NCBI RefSeq assembly: GCF_009914755.1
Contig: NC_060947.1
DNA length: 64,000 nt
Origin: the human T2T-CHM13v2.0 reference genome, Homo sapiens
Reading direction: 5' to 3' (one strand)
Shown: positions 1-13,787 of the stretch, piece after piece
How positions within the stretch are numbered: the stretch's first letter is position 1
Layout of the letters: each line of letters begins with the position of its first letter
Position numbers and translations under genes: made by a program
The notes under the pieces: generated by a model
Database searches by the model: none
The model's input: the letters and a program-made list of their open reading frames with translations, nothing else
Told to the model about the DNA's origin: nothing

Positions 1-115
1 GACCCATGGTGATGCAACCAAGGTAATAAAGGAATATATTAAGCCCCAGAATATTGCTTAATTAACACTACTGCATCAAGTATTGGAGCTTATTATTTTT
101 AAGACTTAATGTACT

Positions 116-394
116 CATTTGTTTAGTTTTTTGCCTGAAGTCTTAAAACCCAGTTGATGTAGATATCTTTAAAAACATTTTATAAAATGTTGTTTATATT
201 TGTCAAAAAATTCAGTAGAAATACATGAATTTTGTCATTATAAAATGGTCATGACCATTTGTTTAGTTTTTTGCCTGAAGTCTTAAACCCAGTTGATGTA
301 GATATCTTTAAAAATTATTTATAAAATGTTGTTTATATTTGTCAAAAAATTCAGTAGAAATATGTGAATTTTGTCATTATAAAATGGTCATGAC
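116..394. repeat. Tandem duplication, 2 x ~140 bp
   Basis: 116-255 and 256-394 are nearly identical (a few substitutions and an indel). Confidence 0.95.
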
Positions 395-1082
395 CTTGCA
401 GACTATGTTATTCAAATTAAAAATCAGTCTTGATAGGATACTATAAACTAAGTAATCATTAACAACAATGCTATATAGAATAACTCAGAAATCTAAGAGC
501 AGTTCAACTATACAGAATTGTTTGCAAAGTTCTAGAACAATCCCTAATAATACATAAGAACCAGAGTAAAAAAGTGGTGAGATAACCCAATTTATAATGA
601 AGTACTGTATCACTTAGATAGCAGATATCTATCTTATAAAAGTTATTCTGAAATTATGATACACTTCAAGAAGCATCCAGTCCATTCTAAAATTATTTTT
701 CATAATACCACCATTTTTCCTGATAACCAAGAATAAAATGATCACCAGTCCCTACATACACCAGTGACTCTTCATTTTAGATCTCTTTTCTTTAGTCTTT
801 CAAAGATGCTATTAGAAACATAAAGTCAGCAAATATCACCAAGAAAAAGTCAGAGACTCCTCTTTGGAGTTGTGTATTCAAAATGGTCCTCTAATATTTG
901 TATAACAAATAAACAGAAATATGGCATGACAAATGCTTACAAAATCTATTTCATAAAGAAACCAGCTTTTGCTTCCTATAGATTTCTTCTTTCTCAGCTT
1001 TCATGAAATTAAATACACAACTGTGATTTAGCTTTAAAATTTTTCAAATGAGAAATTTGAACTAAATTATTTTTACGGTCCT

Positions 1083-1405
1083 TGTCAGGAACTTTGAAGG
1101 GTCTGAGATTTTATACTATGTACAAGTTAATAAGTTAGTCAGCCATATAGATGCTGGCAGAATACACAAGACTCTAGGGTCAGAGACAAAGAATAGTTTA
1201 CTAATACGAGCAACGGCAGTAGCCAGAATGTCAGCATTTGTACCAGTTCCCTGAGCTCCTCTTCCCATAGTGTGACGCAAAGAAGGGCAGAAGATACCTG
1301 CATATGTAGTAGGGTACATTATAATAGAGGAATCCTGAATTTATCATTTATAATAGGCAGTAAGCTCTGGAAGGAAACTATCTCTGTTTCTCATGCCTGC
1401 TCACA
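1083..1405 (-). mobile_element. Ancient ERVL-type LTR fragment (subfamily uncertain)
   Basis: Begins TG; GAAGGGTCTGAGATTTTA...GATGCTGGCAGAA...GCAGTAGCCAGAATGTCAGCAT. A homologous copy lies at ~28122-28560. Confidence 0.55.
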
Positions 1406-1411
1406 ATATAT

Positions 1412-1730
1412 TCTTTAAAAATTGAGATATAATTCACATAACACTTTCCAAGTGTACAATTCAGTAGTTTTGAGTGTATTCACAAAGTTGTGCAACCATC
1501 ACCACTCCTTAATGCTATAATTCCAAGCATTTTCTATTACCTGAGAAAAAAACCTCATACCCATGGTAGTTATTTCCAATTACCCCTTCTCTAACTCCCT
1601 AGGAATCACTAATCTATTTTTGTCTCTGTGGATGTGCCTGTTCTGGACATTTCATGTAAATGAAATCATACAATATGTGGCTTTTTGTGACTGGATTCTT
1701 TTGCTTAGCATAATATTTTCAAGGTTCATC
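1412..1730 (-). mobile_element. L1MB-type 3' end fragment
   Basis: TTGAGATATAATTCACATA...AAGTGTACAATTCAGT...CTGGACATTTCATGTAAATG...TTTTCAAGGTTCATC. Confidence 0.8.
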
Positions 1731-1894
1731 AGATATTTATTGCCTGGATCCCTCTGTGCCTTGACCCACCTGCCTGACTGGATACTTTGGCACCAGCTAC
1801 AGCCTACACAACAGCAGAGCCTGCTAAGCCTTTCTAAGTGAATGACCACCTTCTTGCTCTTCCACCACCACCTCAAGCCAAACTATATAGATGA

Positions 1895-2272
<378 letters not shown>

Positions 2273-3053
2273 TAGATAGTTTCCTCTCACAGACTTTGTG
2301 CTGCTGATAACCGTAAATTCTACTGGCAAGTATATTCAAATTATGACAAAGGCTAGTTTACAACCATTAAAACCATCTTAGTCAGATTTAAATGTATCTA
2401 CTTTCTTATAGATCCATTGATTTATGTTAGTATTAGAAATTCCATGCCCATTTGAGGGCTATGAATGTGAAATAAGGTGGTTTCATAGACCACGCCCCAC
2501 TGCTAAATATCAAAGGCCTGGCTTATTCTGAATGTCTTGTTTTTTTCAAGCACCCCCTCAGATAATTTTGGAATATAAATACCAATATATATATCCCTTC
2601 CCCTTGACCTCATTCCTACCCTTGGAGCGGCTTGTTCTTCTCTCTGGTAGTGTCAGGAGTGTCAGAGCTTCCCTAAACTATCAGAAGCAACTGATTCACC
2701 TCCTTTTACTTATCTACCACTGTTGTGCTTTGTTCTACTCTTGATGGCTCCTGCTGGTTTGAATTAGATTCATCTCTTAACACCATCCACCCCGACTCTG
2801 TTTCTACCTTTGACTCAACATTTGGTCTCCCATTCCACTCCATTTATTGCTGCATTTTAAATGTGTAGTTTAGCCATTTTAAAACATCCACATGGAAGAA
2901 TTGTTCTTGAGAAAGCAGTCAGAAGGATACTATTTGGTAAACTACTCCTTCAGTATTCCCCTCCTTAATTCAATTCTATCTCCACTTCTGGTATCATGTT
3001 TTTCTCTTCTCTGTCCTATAACCCTCCTGCTCATGACATGTTTTCTTCTATTT

Positions 3054-3241
3054 CAGTCATTTTCAAGTTTTAGTGGGCATCAGAATCAGCTGGTGGGCTT
3101 GTTAAGACACAGATTGCTGGATTTCACCACAGAGCTTTTGGTCTAGTAGACCTGGGTTGGTGCTCAAGAATTTTTATTTCTATCAGGTTTTCAGGTAATG
3201 CTGATGTTGTTGGTCTGGGGACCATAGTTAGAGAACCACTG
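3054..3241. mobile_element. MER5A (hAT-Charlie MITE)
   Basis: GCATCAGAATCA...ACACAGATTGCTGG...GGTAATGCTGATG...GAGAACCACTG. Confidence 0.8.
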
Positions 3242-3473
3242 TTCTAGTTCAACACTGTTCATATTGACAACCTGTATATTTCCATGGCTTGTCCTCTAGA
3301 CCCTTTCCTGTGAATTGCCTTGATGTATAGAACTAGCTAATGTAGCTAAGAATTCTCACCTCTGATGGCCACATGGTGAACCCTCTGGATATGCCATAAT
3401 CACCCAGAGGCAAGTCTCTAAATTAGAATCAATTATCATGGGTCACTCTAAAGTTATACATTTAATGTGCTGC

Positions 3474-3817
3474 TGTATTAGTTTATGTTCATGCTGCTGA
3501 TAAAGACATACCCAAGACTGGGTAACATACAAAAGAAAGAGGTTTAATGGACTTACAGTTCCAAGTGGCTAGGGAGGCCTCACAATCATGGAGGAAGGTG
3601 AAAGGCATGTTTCATATGGCGGCAGACAAGAGAAGAGAGCTTATGCAGGGAAACTCCCCTTTTTAAAACCATCAGATCTCATGAGTCTTATTCGCTATCA
3701 CGAGAACAGCACAGGAAAGACCTGCCACCATGATTCAATTACCTCCCACCAGGTCCCTCCCATAACACGTGGGAATTCAAGATGAGATTTGAGTGGGGAC
3801 ACGGCCAAACAATATCA
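3474..3817 (-). mobile_element. THE1-type (MaLR) solo LTR
   Basis: TGTATTAG...GCTGCTGATAAAGACATACCC...GGGGACACGGCCAAACAATATCA, with perfect 5-bp TSD GCTGC. Confidence 0.92.
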
Positions 3818-5088
3818 GCTGCCTAGAGGAAAGAAGCTCAGAATCAAGATGTAGGATTTGTATGCTAAAGCTCTTGAAACGTATTTCCAAAGTGCAGCTC
3901 ACTGCCCAAGTAAAGCTAGTTCTGCTTTCTAGAAGTAACAGAGAGGAAAAATAAATTTAGAAAGTGAAATGCAATCTACTCTCAAATAACCAAAATAAAT
4001 GTAGTCTCTCATATTCATATTCTCTCTCTAGGTCATTATTAAAATAGGCATGTTTGTATGTGTACATATTAATGTGATAAATTAAGGGTTATCTTCATGT
4101 GTAGCTATCTGTGTGCTTTGTATATGACCTTTCATATATAAGCATATATCTAGGAAATTCTTAACTTACTGTAATTTGTATATTATAAGCCTCCAGCCCT
4201 TAAAGCAGACTTTCAGCACACAAATACAATTATGGCAGCCAGTCTACTTTCTGATACACTGCAATTACTGCTTTCCTTGGATCCTGGCTTCAATTTGGCT
4301 CCTTGGACTAGCCTCTACCCTATATAGTTCCTCTACCCTGTGTGTGGTCAGAGGTCAACACAGCAGAAACTTTCATGGAAACAGAGGGGTAGGGTTAGAA
4401 CTACTATATCTGGCAGAAAGGGGAGAATAATGAACTAAGCTGAGTAAATGTGAGAGAGAGTAGGGAAGAGCGAAGTGGGAGGAGTATAAGAGAGAAAGAA
4501 ACCACCAGACACACATGAAAGTCAACAGTGGGGACCCTCTGACGTTTTATTAAGCTGGTGAACTGTCTCTGAAAGGAATTTCAAAAGTGGAGTTCTGAGG
4601 AACGTTAGCTTGATTTTAATGTGGGTATGGTCTTCTAGGGGTACATTGTTTCCAAGAAGAAATCTGCTCTTCAGTTTCCTGATTTCCATCTTTAACGTCA
4701 CCAAAGATCTCATTCTTTCTGACTTTTCTGGCTACCATGTCTTTAAAGTTAATCCATGGCTTTTGTGTTCTTGCACATGAATCCCATCTGAGATGTGTGA
4801 ATTTTTCTCTCAGCATCCATCCATCCAATACCAAAAATGTTTCTCCTTCTAGATTATTTATCTGCCTTACATATCATGGTATCACCACTCTCCCTGTCAC
4901 TCAGTACTGAAATCTCAGAATCTACCATGAGTAATAAACTCCAGTAGGCTCTTTCCTTGGATGGTTTATTTTCCTTGTCCACACTTCACATGAGTTCCCA
5001 CAGACTTCTTTCTTTGATTCCCATAAACTCTACACTCTCCTTTGATGATCTCACCTACTCTCACATCTTCAACTAATACTGTTATGTA

Positions 5089-5440
5089 TTAGGTTGCTGC
5101 AAAAGTAATGGCAGTTTTTGCCATAATGGTGGTGATGGTGTGAAGCAACAACATGGTGAGGGATTAAGCATTATTCTATGGATTTGGAATCAAACTCACC
5201 CCTGTGTGCCTTTGAATGGAGCCACTATTTTAATCAAAGTTTGGAGACATTTTGATGGTGTGAAATAATAACATGGTGAGGGATTAAAGGAGGAAAATTT
5301 TGATGCAGGCCGGGCCCAGGTGGGAGGATCAATTGAGCCCAGGGGTTTGAGACCAATCTAGGCAACAAAGCAAGACCCCATCTCTACAAAAAAAATTTGC
5401 CATAATGGCAAAAACTGCAATTGCTTTTGCACCAAGCTAA
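5089..5440. mobile_element. MADE1 (Hsmar1-derived mariner MITE) split by an internal ~266-bp insertion
   Basis: TA + TTAGGTTGCTGCAAAAGTAATGGCAGTTTTTGCCAT on the left; ATGGCAAAAACTGCAATTGCTTTTGCACCAAGCTAA + TA on the right. Confidence 0.9.
5130..5395 (+). repeat. Local duplication of 7032-7066 and 6945-7175 (includes a copy of the Alu left arm)
   Basis: Direct alignment by eye; about 19 differences over about 230 bp in the long piece. Confidence 0.92.
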
Positions 5441-5539
5441 TAATTCTTCATCTCCATCTCCAAACTTTCTCAGTAATGCCAGACCTAATTTCTAAAAACA
5501 TCTACATTTGTGTATCTTGCAGGCACCTGAAGTGTTGCT

Positions 5540-5543
<4 letters not shown>

Positions 5544-5580
<37 letters not shown>
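5544..5580. repeat. (CT)n microsatellite
   Basis: Direct reading. Confidence 0.95.
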
Positions 5581-6229
5581 ATCACATTTTTAAAAATGTA
5601 TTTCTCTTCCTAGATTTCCAATCTGAATGTAATATAATCACTCCTCCTACTCAGTGTTTAAATCTCAGAATCCTCTTCCACTCTTCCCATTCTCCCATTG
5701 CCTATATTAGGTCACCAAATCCTGACAACTTTACCTATAAAATCTCTTCCCATCTTTCCATTCTCTTTCCTACTGCCCCAGATCCTAGTCTCATTATTGT
5801 ATGTCTGTCATTGAAATATCTAACTACCCCTGGTCCCTTAAACCAGACCAACGTACATATGCATCTCATATCCACCAACATAAGGTCTGGATGCCTCTAG
5901 GCTGTTTACCATTCATTCTCTTTCCTTCCTTAAAACACCTTCTCACTTTGATCCTGGCTCCAATTTGTCAACTCTTGGGTCCACAAGCCAAGTCTAATGG
6001 AGACTTTAACCTTTTGCACTCTGTTTATTTTTGTTTTCGTTTTTTGACTCTTGGTTATTCTTAGCAGATTTTGTCTCAGCTCACCCTTCCAGGTCCTCCC
6101 TCTCTGGACTTCCCTGGATATCTACCCTAGGTCAGGTTCCTGTAACTGGCACCCAGGCTGAACTAACACATATTCCCCAATAGGAGAACGGCTTTTGAAA
6201 GGGCTTTCCTAATTCATCTCCCCACCTCC

Positions 6230-6775
6230 AGTTTCTCAATTTACAAACCATTCTACATACCAATGCCAGAGCATTTTTCCTAAAACATAGGTCTGATCAT
6301 GTGTTTATCCTTTTCATTTTTTTCTGGTGACTCTCCACAGTCTATAGAATAAATTTGGAATTCATTATGGCATTCAAAATATTTCTGATGTGATGCCACT
6401 CTGCTTTTTCAGCTTTATCTCCCACTATACAATCACAACCCCTACTCTTTGGCTCCATTTAGACCACTAATCAAATTCAGCCCACATTTTCCTTTCTCTA
6501 TGCTGCTGGGTTATACTGTCCCATCTGCCTGAATGCCCTTTTCTCTCACTTCCAACATTTGGGATCCTACTTACAATTAAAGGCTCAGATTTTCTATGAA
6601 ACCTTCCCTGTTTTCTTTCTCCTGTATGTTTCTGTAATTCTTTTGCAGTTAGTTGCATACTTGTCAGTTGCCTTGACTAGATACTAAGCCTGTTGAGACC
6701 ATGAATAGTATATCTTTCACTTATCTTTACTTAGCATAATGCCCTGGACATAGTTACTGCTAAATATTTGTTAAT
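6230..6775 (+). mobile_element. L2 3' fragment
   Basis: TCTGATCATGTG...CTTAGCATAATGCCCTGGACATAG...AAATATTTGTT, a degenerate L2 end. Confidence 0.6.
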
Positions 6776-7086
6776 ATTATTTAATTAAAATTAGATACAT
6801 AAGTTCTAACATGCTAGATAAAATCTAATCTGCTTTATAATCCTACATCATAGTCATCAAAAATAGCTTAGAATAGAAAAAAACAATCTTCTAATAGTTC
6901 TATATTATTGTAGGGCCACATACAGGGCTATGGCTATGATAGAAAAGTATTATTCTATGGATTTGGAATCAAGCTCACCCTTGTGTGCCTTTGGATTTGG
7001 CCACCATTTTAATCAAAGTTTGGAGACATTTTGATGGTGTGAAGCAACAACATGGTGAGGGATTAAAGGAGTGAAATTTTGATGCA

Positions 7087-7351
7087 GGCCGGGGCCCAGG
7101 TGGGAGGATCAATTGAGCCCAAGAGTTTGAGACCAACCTGGGCAACAAAGCAAGACCCCATCTCTACCAAAAAAACTAAAAATTAGCTGCGTGTGGTGGT
7201 GGATGTCTGTAGTCCCAGCCACTCAGAAGGATGAGGCAGGAGGATGGTTGAGCCTGAGAGTCTGAGGATACAATGAGCTATGATCACACTACTGCACTCC
7301 AGCCTAGGTGACAGAGCGAGACCCTCTCTCAAAAAAAAAAAAAAAAAAAAG
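7087..7351 (+). mobile_element. AluJ with an internal deletion near the 5' end
   Basis: GGCCGGG joined directly to GCCCAGGTGGGAGGATC; J-type diagnostics; poly(A); degenerate TSD AAAT(T/G)TTGATGCA. Confidence 0.9.
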
Positions 7352-8139
7352 AATTAAAATGTTGATGCAAATCAGGGTTGGTTCATAGGGTTTAGAGGCA
7401 GGTCTGCCCTTATATCAGGTGGGAGGTGAAGCTGCTAATGTTGATGAGATGGCTGCTCAAGTTAGCCTGTTTTGAAGGCAGCAGAAGGCCAATGTTACAG
7501 GGGTATTTGAAAAAATAATAAGTACAATGAAAGCAGCAGCAAAATATATATTCTGGCATCTGTTTTTCAGGAAATCATCCAGTGACTGAAGTCTTTCTCA
7601 AAAATTTTCTTAAAAACTCATGTGCAAATTTCTTGAAAGAAGGCCTTCCAAATGAATCTAATGTCAATGTAGGTGTACCTTTTAGCTTATAATATGTTAG
7701 AATAGGAGACTTAAGAAACAAGTAAGTTAAGGCCTATGTATTCCCTGGTACTATACCAGGTAAAATATAATTTAATATAATTGGTTTCTGAATTGTTCTG
7801 TTTAATCAACTCCTAGGAGCTGTTCTGGTACATAATGTATACCTGACTAAATATGGTATTTGTGGTCATTTCTATAAAATGTCAGACATCAGGCCATGGA
7901 TCAGGAGGAACTTCCTCTATTATATAATTGTATGGGAAATCAAACTCCCAAATCTCTGGCCTTTACCAGGAGACAGGGGGCAAGATTACATGTGTTCACA
8001 TGAGAATATCAAAACTCTTTGGAATTGTACATAGGCACATTTTGGTCACTGTGTGCATGGCAGGGGAGGGGCTTAAACAACTGATTTGTATCTGTGTCCA
8101 AGAAACAGATAATAATGAGCAAACCAAAATTGATGTGGG

Positions 8140-8448
8140 CTGGATGAATCTTAAAAACATTATTCTCAGTGAAAGAAGCCAATTCCAAAAGACTACCATT
8201 GTATGATTCCATTTACATGAGACATCCAGAACAGGCAAATCTACAGACATAGATTAGTGGTTGCCTTGGGCAGTGCATGTGTTGGAGGGGGTGGTTTGGG
8301 ATGACTGAGGGAGGAGTGACAGCTAAGGGGTAAATGGGGTGGTGATGGTCATACAGCTCTGTGAATATACTAAAAACCATTGAATTGAATTGTACACTTT
8401 AAAATAGTAGATTTTATGATATATGAATTATATCTGAATAAAGCTGTT
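8140..8448 (+). mobile_element. 5'-truncated L1M (L1MB-like) 3' end
   Basis: GGATGAATCTTAAAAACATT...GTGAAAGAAGCC...AATAAAGCTGTT; TSD AAAATTGATGTGGG. Confidence 0.85.
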
Positions 8449-10107
8449 AAAATTGATGTGGGAGAATATATAAAACATAAATAAGGCTGTTTTTAGGCTT
8501 ATCTGACTAGCGATGCCCAGATATGAAAACATGTTATTTACAGATGTCAAACATGTGTTTCTCAATTTTCATGTAATTAATAATATTTTGAAAAGGTCGT
8601 AATAAACACAAACCACAAAATAAGAGACACTAGATTTTAATAGCATAATTTTAGTCTTGCTTTTGAACTCTATGAAAACTCTATTCTCTGAGTACTCATT
8701 ACTATACCTATGTCTTAGTAACTTACAGGTTGGATAATTACCACTCATGATCTGTTAAGCCATTCTTGAAAATCACTTTGGGGCCTTGGTGAATGTAAGA
8801 AAGAAAAGTCTGTTGTTCTTTGTTAGAAGCAGATTTTCCAGATAACATTCAAAGAGTTGGTTTTCAGCATACTATATAAAACTATAGGAGGCGTAATATG
8901 TTTGAGGATTCTCAAAGTCTCTATTAGGCTTGACATTTTCCCCAAAAGGAGAAACTGGCACTGGTGTCTCTTAGACAGATTTTCTGGGGCTGTGCTTTAG
9001 CTGCCTGGCTTCTTGCCCCCAGCCCTATAATCATCATACCTGAGCCCAGTAACCTTTACCTCCAGGTAAGTGACCATTACTGGTTATTATCGTTTACAGG
9101 TTTTTTCTTGTTGTCTTCTTTTCCTCCATTGGAACCAATCCTGCTCCTATTCAGAGAGGATTTAAGGAGCAGTATTTCAGTAGTTTGGTGGCTTGGCATC
9201 AAGCGGACCTATCCCTGATGGTCCTATTTCGCTCTCACAGACCATTTGAAGAAACTGAGTATCTTGGGTACCAGTTTTATTTGTCTGTGTCTGCCTCCTT
9301 TCACAGACTTCATCTGATGTGCTGGTTCCTTTAGGACCAGTGCTCTGCCTTATTTGACACTCTCTTGACAGACCTCTTAAGGGATTAATCATTTGTTTTT
9401 GAATCCCAATCCCCATGACTGGATTGCTGCTCCATACTCTTTGAATCAACCTCTGACTATTGGCTGCCACCAGATTTTCTGGATTCTGTTTTGTCAGCCT
9501 GAAAGGACATCCATTGCTGGACTTTCAGAGTCCAGCAGTTTGCCTGCTTATGCCTACTGTTACGTCCCCACCCCCCTACTCCATGCTTTACCAGCTTGAC
9601 CAGACTCTTCTTGCTGGTGACTAGAGGAACGTTCTTAGCTTTCCTGTCCTGCCCTAATTAGGTTTTTTTAGTTTCTAGGTACCAGGCTCCTTGATCTGGC
9701 TTTGCCTGTCAATAACAGGCACCTGCTGACATAGTATCTCCTTGTTTACCACTAGTTTTTTATTTCCTTGGAACAACATTTTGGTAATTCTTGTTTACTC
9801 TCTCTTTTCCTTTGTTTCCTGTATATAATCCGTGAGGAGGAACAGTTTATTCCTTTTAAACAGCTCTTGGATTCAACTGTTGCTATTCATTTCCTTTGGG
9901 GCCACTCCAGTTCCAATCCTCACAACTTTATCTAGTTTAAGCTGGGATTCAGTAGTGGTGCCTTAAAGGGTTGCCTCAGAGGATGAGAGGGGAAGCCAAG
10001 TGGACATGAGCAGTTCTCCACTCTCTCACTGATTTCAAACAGGTCATCTACATTTGTATCTGTTGGGGTTCTATGAAGAGTTTTATTTAGAAAAAAATCC
10101 TGTACTC

Positions 10108-10414
10108 GGCCGGGCGCGGTGGCTCACGCCTGTAACTCCAGCATTTTGGAAGGCTGAGGTGGGCAGGTCATCTGAGGTCAGGAGTTCAAGACCAGCCTGG
10201 CCAACATGGTGAAACCCTGTCCCTACTAAAGATACAAAAATTAGCCGAGCGTGGTGGCACATGCCTGTAATCCCAGCTACTCAGGAGACTGAGGCAGGAG
10301 AATCACTTGAACCCAGGAGGCAGAGGTTGCAGTGAACCGAGATTGCAACACTGGACTCCAGCCTGGGCGACAGAGCAAGACTCCATCTCAAAAAAAAAAA
10401 AAAAAAAAAAAAAA
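10108..10414 (+). mobile_element. AluS
   Basis: Full dimer, poly(A), TSD AATCCTGTACT. Confidence 0.95.
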
Positions 10415-11075
10415 GAATCCTGTACTAAAGGCAAAATAAGTTTGAAAATCAGTGTTCAAAGTTATTCTGCATACCATTGCCAAAGCAGCTCCCTGAAACA
10501 TCTTTTGTTTTATAACTTCCCTGCTAAAGATCTGTATCAGTCACTATGTCTTGCATTCAAATGTGTTTACAAACTGGGAACACACTATGGGGATACGCAT
10601 GTTTCCTACAATTATTCAACATCTATGTTCTCACCATTCTACTCAAGTGCCACTGGCCTCTCAACATTATTGGTCAGTATTGTTTCCACACCATTCCATA
10701 TGTTGTCTTTTCCTTACTTCCTTTCTTTGCTTTGTCTATTCAAGTCTGATTTCTGCTTCATAGCTTAGCAGCTCAAGTCCTACCTCCTCCTTGAAAACTT
10801 TATCTATTCTAGGTCCCACCGATTTCACTCCTTCACCATATTATATTGAATTTAGAGTCAGTATCTCCAAGCTAGGCAGCTAATTTTCTCTTACTGTTTC
10901 ACACCTTAGTTCTCCTGCTTATTTTCTCAAGATTTTAGGCCTAATGATGGCAGGGATTTTACATTTTACAGTCTGTTTCATTACAAGTGTTTGTGTACCA
11001 CAAACAGCATATTAGCAATTGGCAAATAGAATAATGTCAAAATAATGTGGCAGTCCAGTTGATACATGTGTGTGA

Positions 11076-11385
<310 letters not shown>

Positions 11386-12952
11386 AGCACTTTGTTTTGA
11401 AGTGATCAGAAACAAACTTTCTCACAAATAAGAAGTCTTAGCAATATATGAAGACTTTTAAGAAAAAGTGAAGAATCCTGCACAAAGCTCTGCCTTCAGT
11501 ATAAGTAGTGACTGGTTTAGTGGCTACAACCTCTAAGTTTTCAACAACATTAAACTATCTGGTGAAGCTGTGAGTCCCGTGCTAATGAAGCTGTGACGAC
11601 CTTTCACCATGTGTTTTTAAAAAGCTGACTACTCCTCAATTAGATTTTTAATTCTGATGAAAATGGCATCTATTAAAAGTGAATGCCCTTGAGGATCCAC
11701 ATCAGGAAGGAGGAAGCATAAAGGCTACCAAGCATTGATGACTGTGATGCTGGGGGCAAAGGCCAGTGGAGATTTATCTGTGGTTTTTATTAGGATGGTT
11801 GTTTTCATTAGTGCTCTGACTATAAAGTTGCATTGGATTTAAGTGGTCTTTCCTAACCATATTTTCCCAGTAAGCCCTGCTATTTTAGGTGTGCAATTCT
11901 GCAAAACAGGAGATTCTTCAGTAAAGACAATATGACATTATAGTAGAATATCTGGCATTTTTTAGAAACATCTGCAGGACATCTAGTTTGGTGTTAACCA
12001 TGTAGTATACCTGCTTAATACCTGGTAAATACCTGCTTATTCTTAGGAATCCTTTAATGCATAAACATTTTGCTGTGACCTTGGAGGTGGTTCTCATTTT
12101 TTTCAAATCCATGTTTCATCTATGAACGACACAGACTGTTCAGATGAGAATACACTGTAGAAGGGAGACATAGAAACTCAGAGGGGTACTATCAGGATGG
12201 TCAGAAATCCTCAGGGGTAATAGATGGCTCTAAGGTCAGTTTGAAGACAGAACCCAGTAGCCTTTTATTGGTCTCCCCCAGGACTGGCTTTTAAATGCTG
12301 ATTGGGTGCTACATTCATGAGAGTCCAGAGGGAGAGACCACAAGGTCAGTGGTTCTAACATACATTTAAGTTTTGATATCCCAATTGATGGTGGTAGCCT
12401 CCTTCTTTCTTCAGCATCAGAGAAGAGATGTTCCATCCACCAACCTATTTGTGTGACCCAGGAGGGTAAAAATAAAGGATTACAGATGCAGAGAGATCTG
12501 CTGTAGGACCACAATTGGTGAGGTGCTTGGTTCATAATCAGTGGACAAAGAGTCCTTACCGAGAGCAGTGGCTCCTTTCCTGTGTTAGTTTCTGCCAGGC
12601 CAATGACCCTGAAGCCTGAAGGAAAGGTTTTTGCTTGTTTTTAAACCACTGTTTACATTAACTAGAGCAAAATGCTGAAAAAAACATCAAGAATTAAGAC
12701 GGGCCAAAATAACCACAATAAAGTCAAATGTAAGACATATCAGGGACAAACTTTCATTTTTTGCAGAAAAGATTATCAATCTTTTACATGTACTTCTAAC
12801 TGGATATGACATGCAGATTAACCTGGCCTGAGGATGATGAAACCCAACCTTACATTCAAAATAATATCAATACATTTTCAAGTCTATTTATACGTTCTAA
12901 ACAGAAGTAATTCATATTACAATGGCCTCCTTATTCTGCTTTTCCACTTTTT

Positions 12953-13251
12953 AGTTTTTATTTTTATGGAGACAGAGCCTCGCTCTGTCACCCAGGCTGG
13001 AGTGCAGTGGCATGATCTCGGCTCACTGCAACCTCTGCCTCCCGGGTTCAAGCCATTCTCCTGCCTCAAGCCTCCTGAGTAGCTGGGATTACAGGCACCT
13101 GCCACCATGCCCTGCTAATTTTTGTATTTTCAGTAGGGACTGGGTTTTTCCATGTTGGCCAGGCTGGTCTCGAACTCCTGACCTCAGGTGATCCACCCAC
13201 CTCAGCCTCCCAAAGTGCTGGGATTACAGGCGTGAGCCACCGTGCCTGACC
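12953..13251 (-). mobile_element. AluS
   Basis: Full dimer; TSD TTCCACTTTTT. Confidence 0.95.
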
Positions 13252-13449
13252 CCCTTCCACTTTTTAAACAACAGTAATGAAACTTATTAAGTAGGGGGCT
13301 TCAATCTGGAAACTCCTTATCTGTTCTGCTGCTTCTCCTGCCAACAGTCTCCCCAGCTCCCCACCAATTTCTTAACCACAGGGCTTCTGCACATGCTATT
13401 GTCATTTCCTTTGCCTGAATGCCCTTCACTGTCCTTATTTGCCTTGTAA

Positions 13450-13787
<338 letters not shown>

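Noticed and set aside
1215-1238. 22-nt identity GCAGTAGCCAGAATGTCAGCAT with ~28.24 kb
   Set aside because: Explained by two copies of the same old LTR family, not a local duplication.
8964-9071. Consensus donor CAG|GTAAGT upstream of the promoter
   Set aside because: An isolated 9-mer without a supporting acceptor or promoter; expected by chance in 64 kb.
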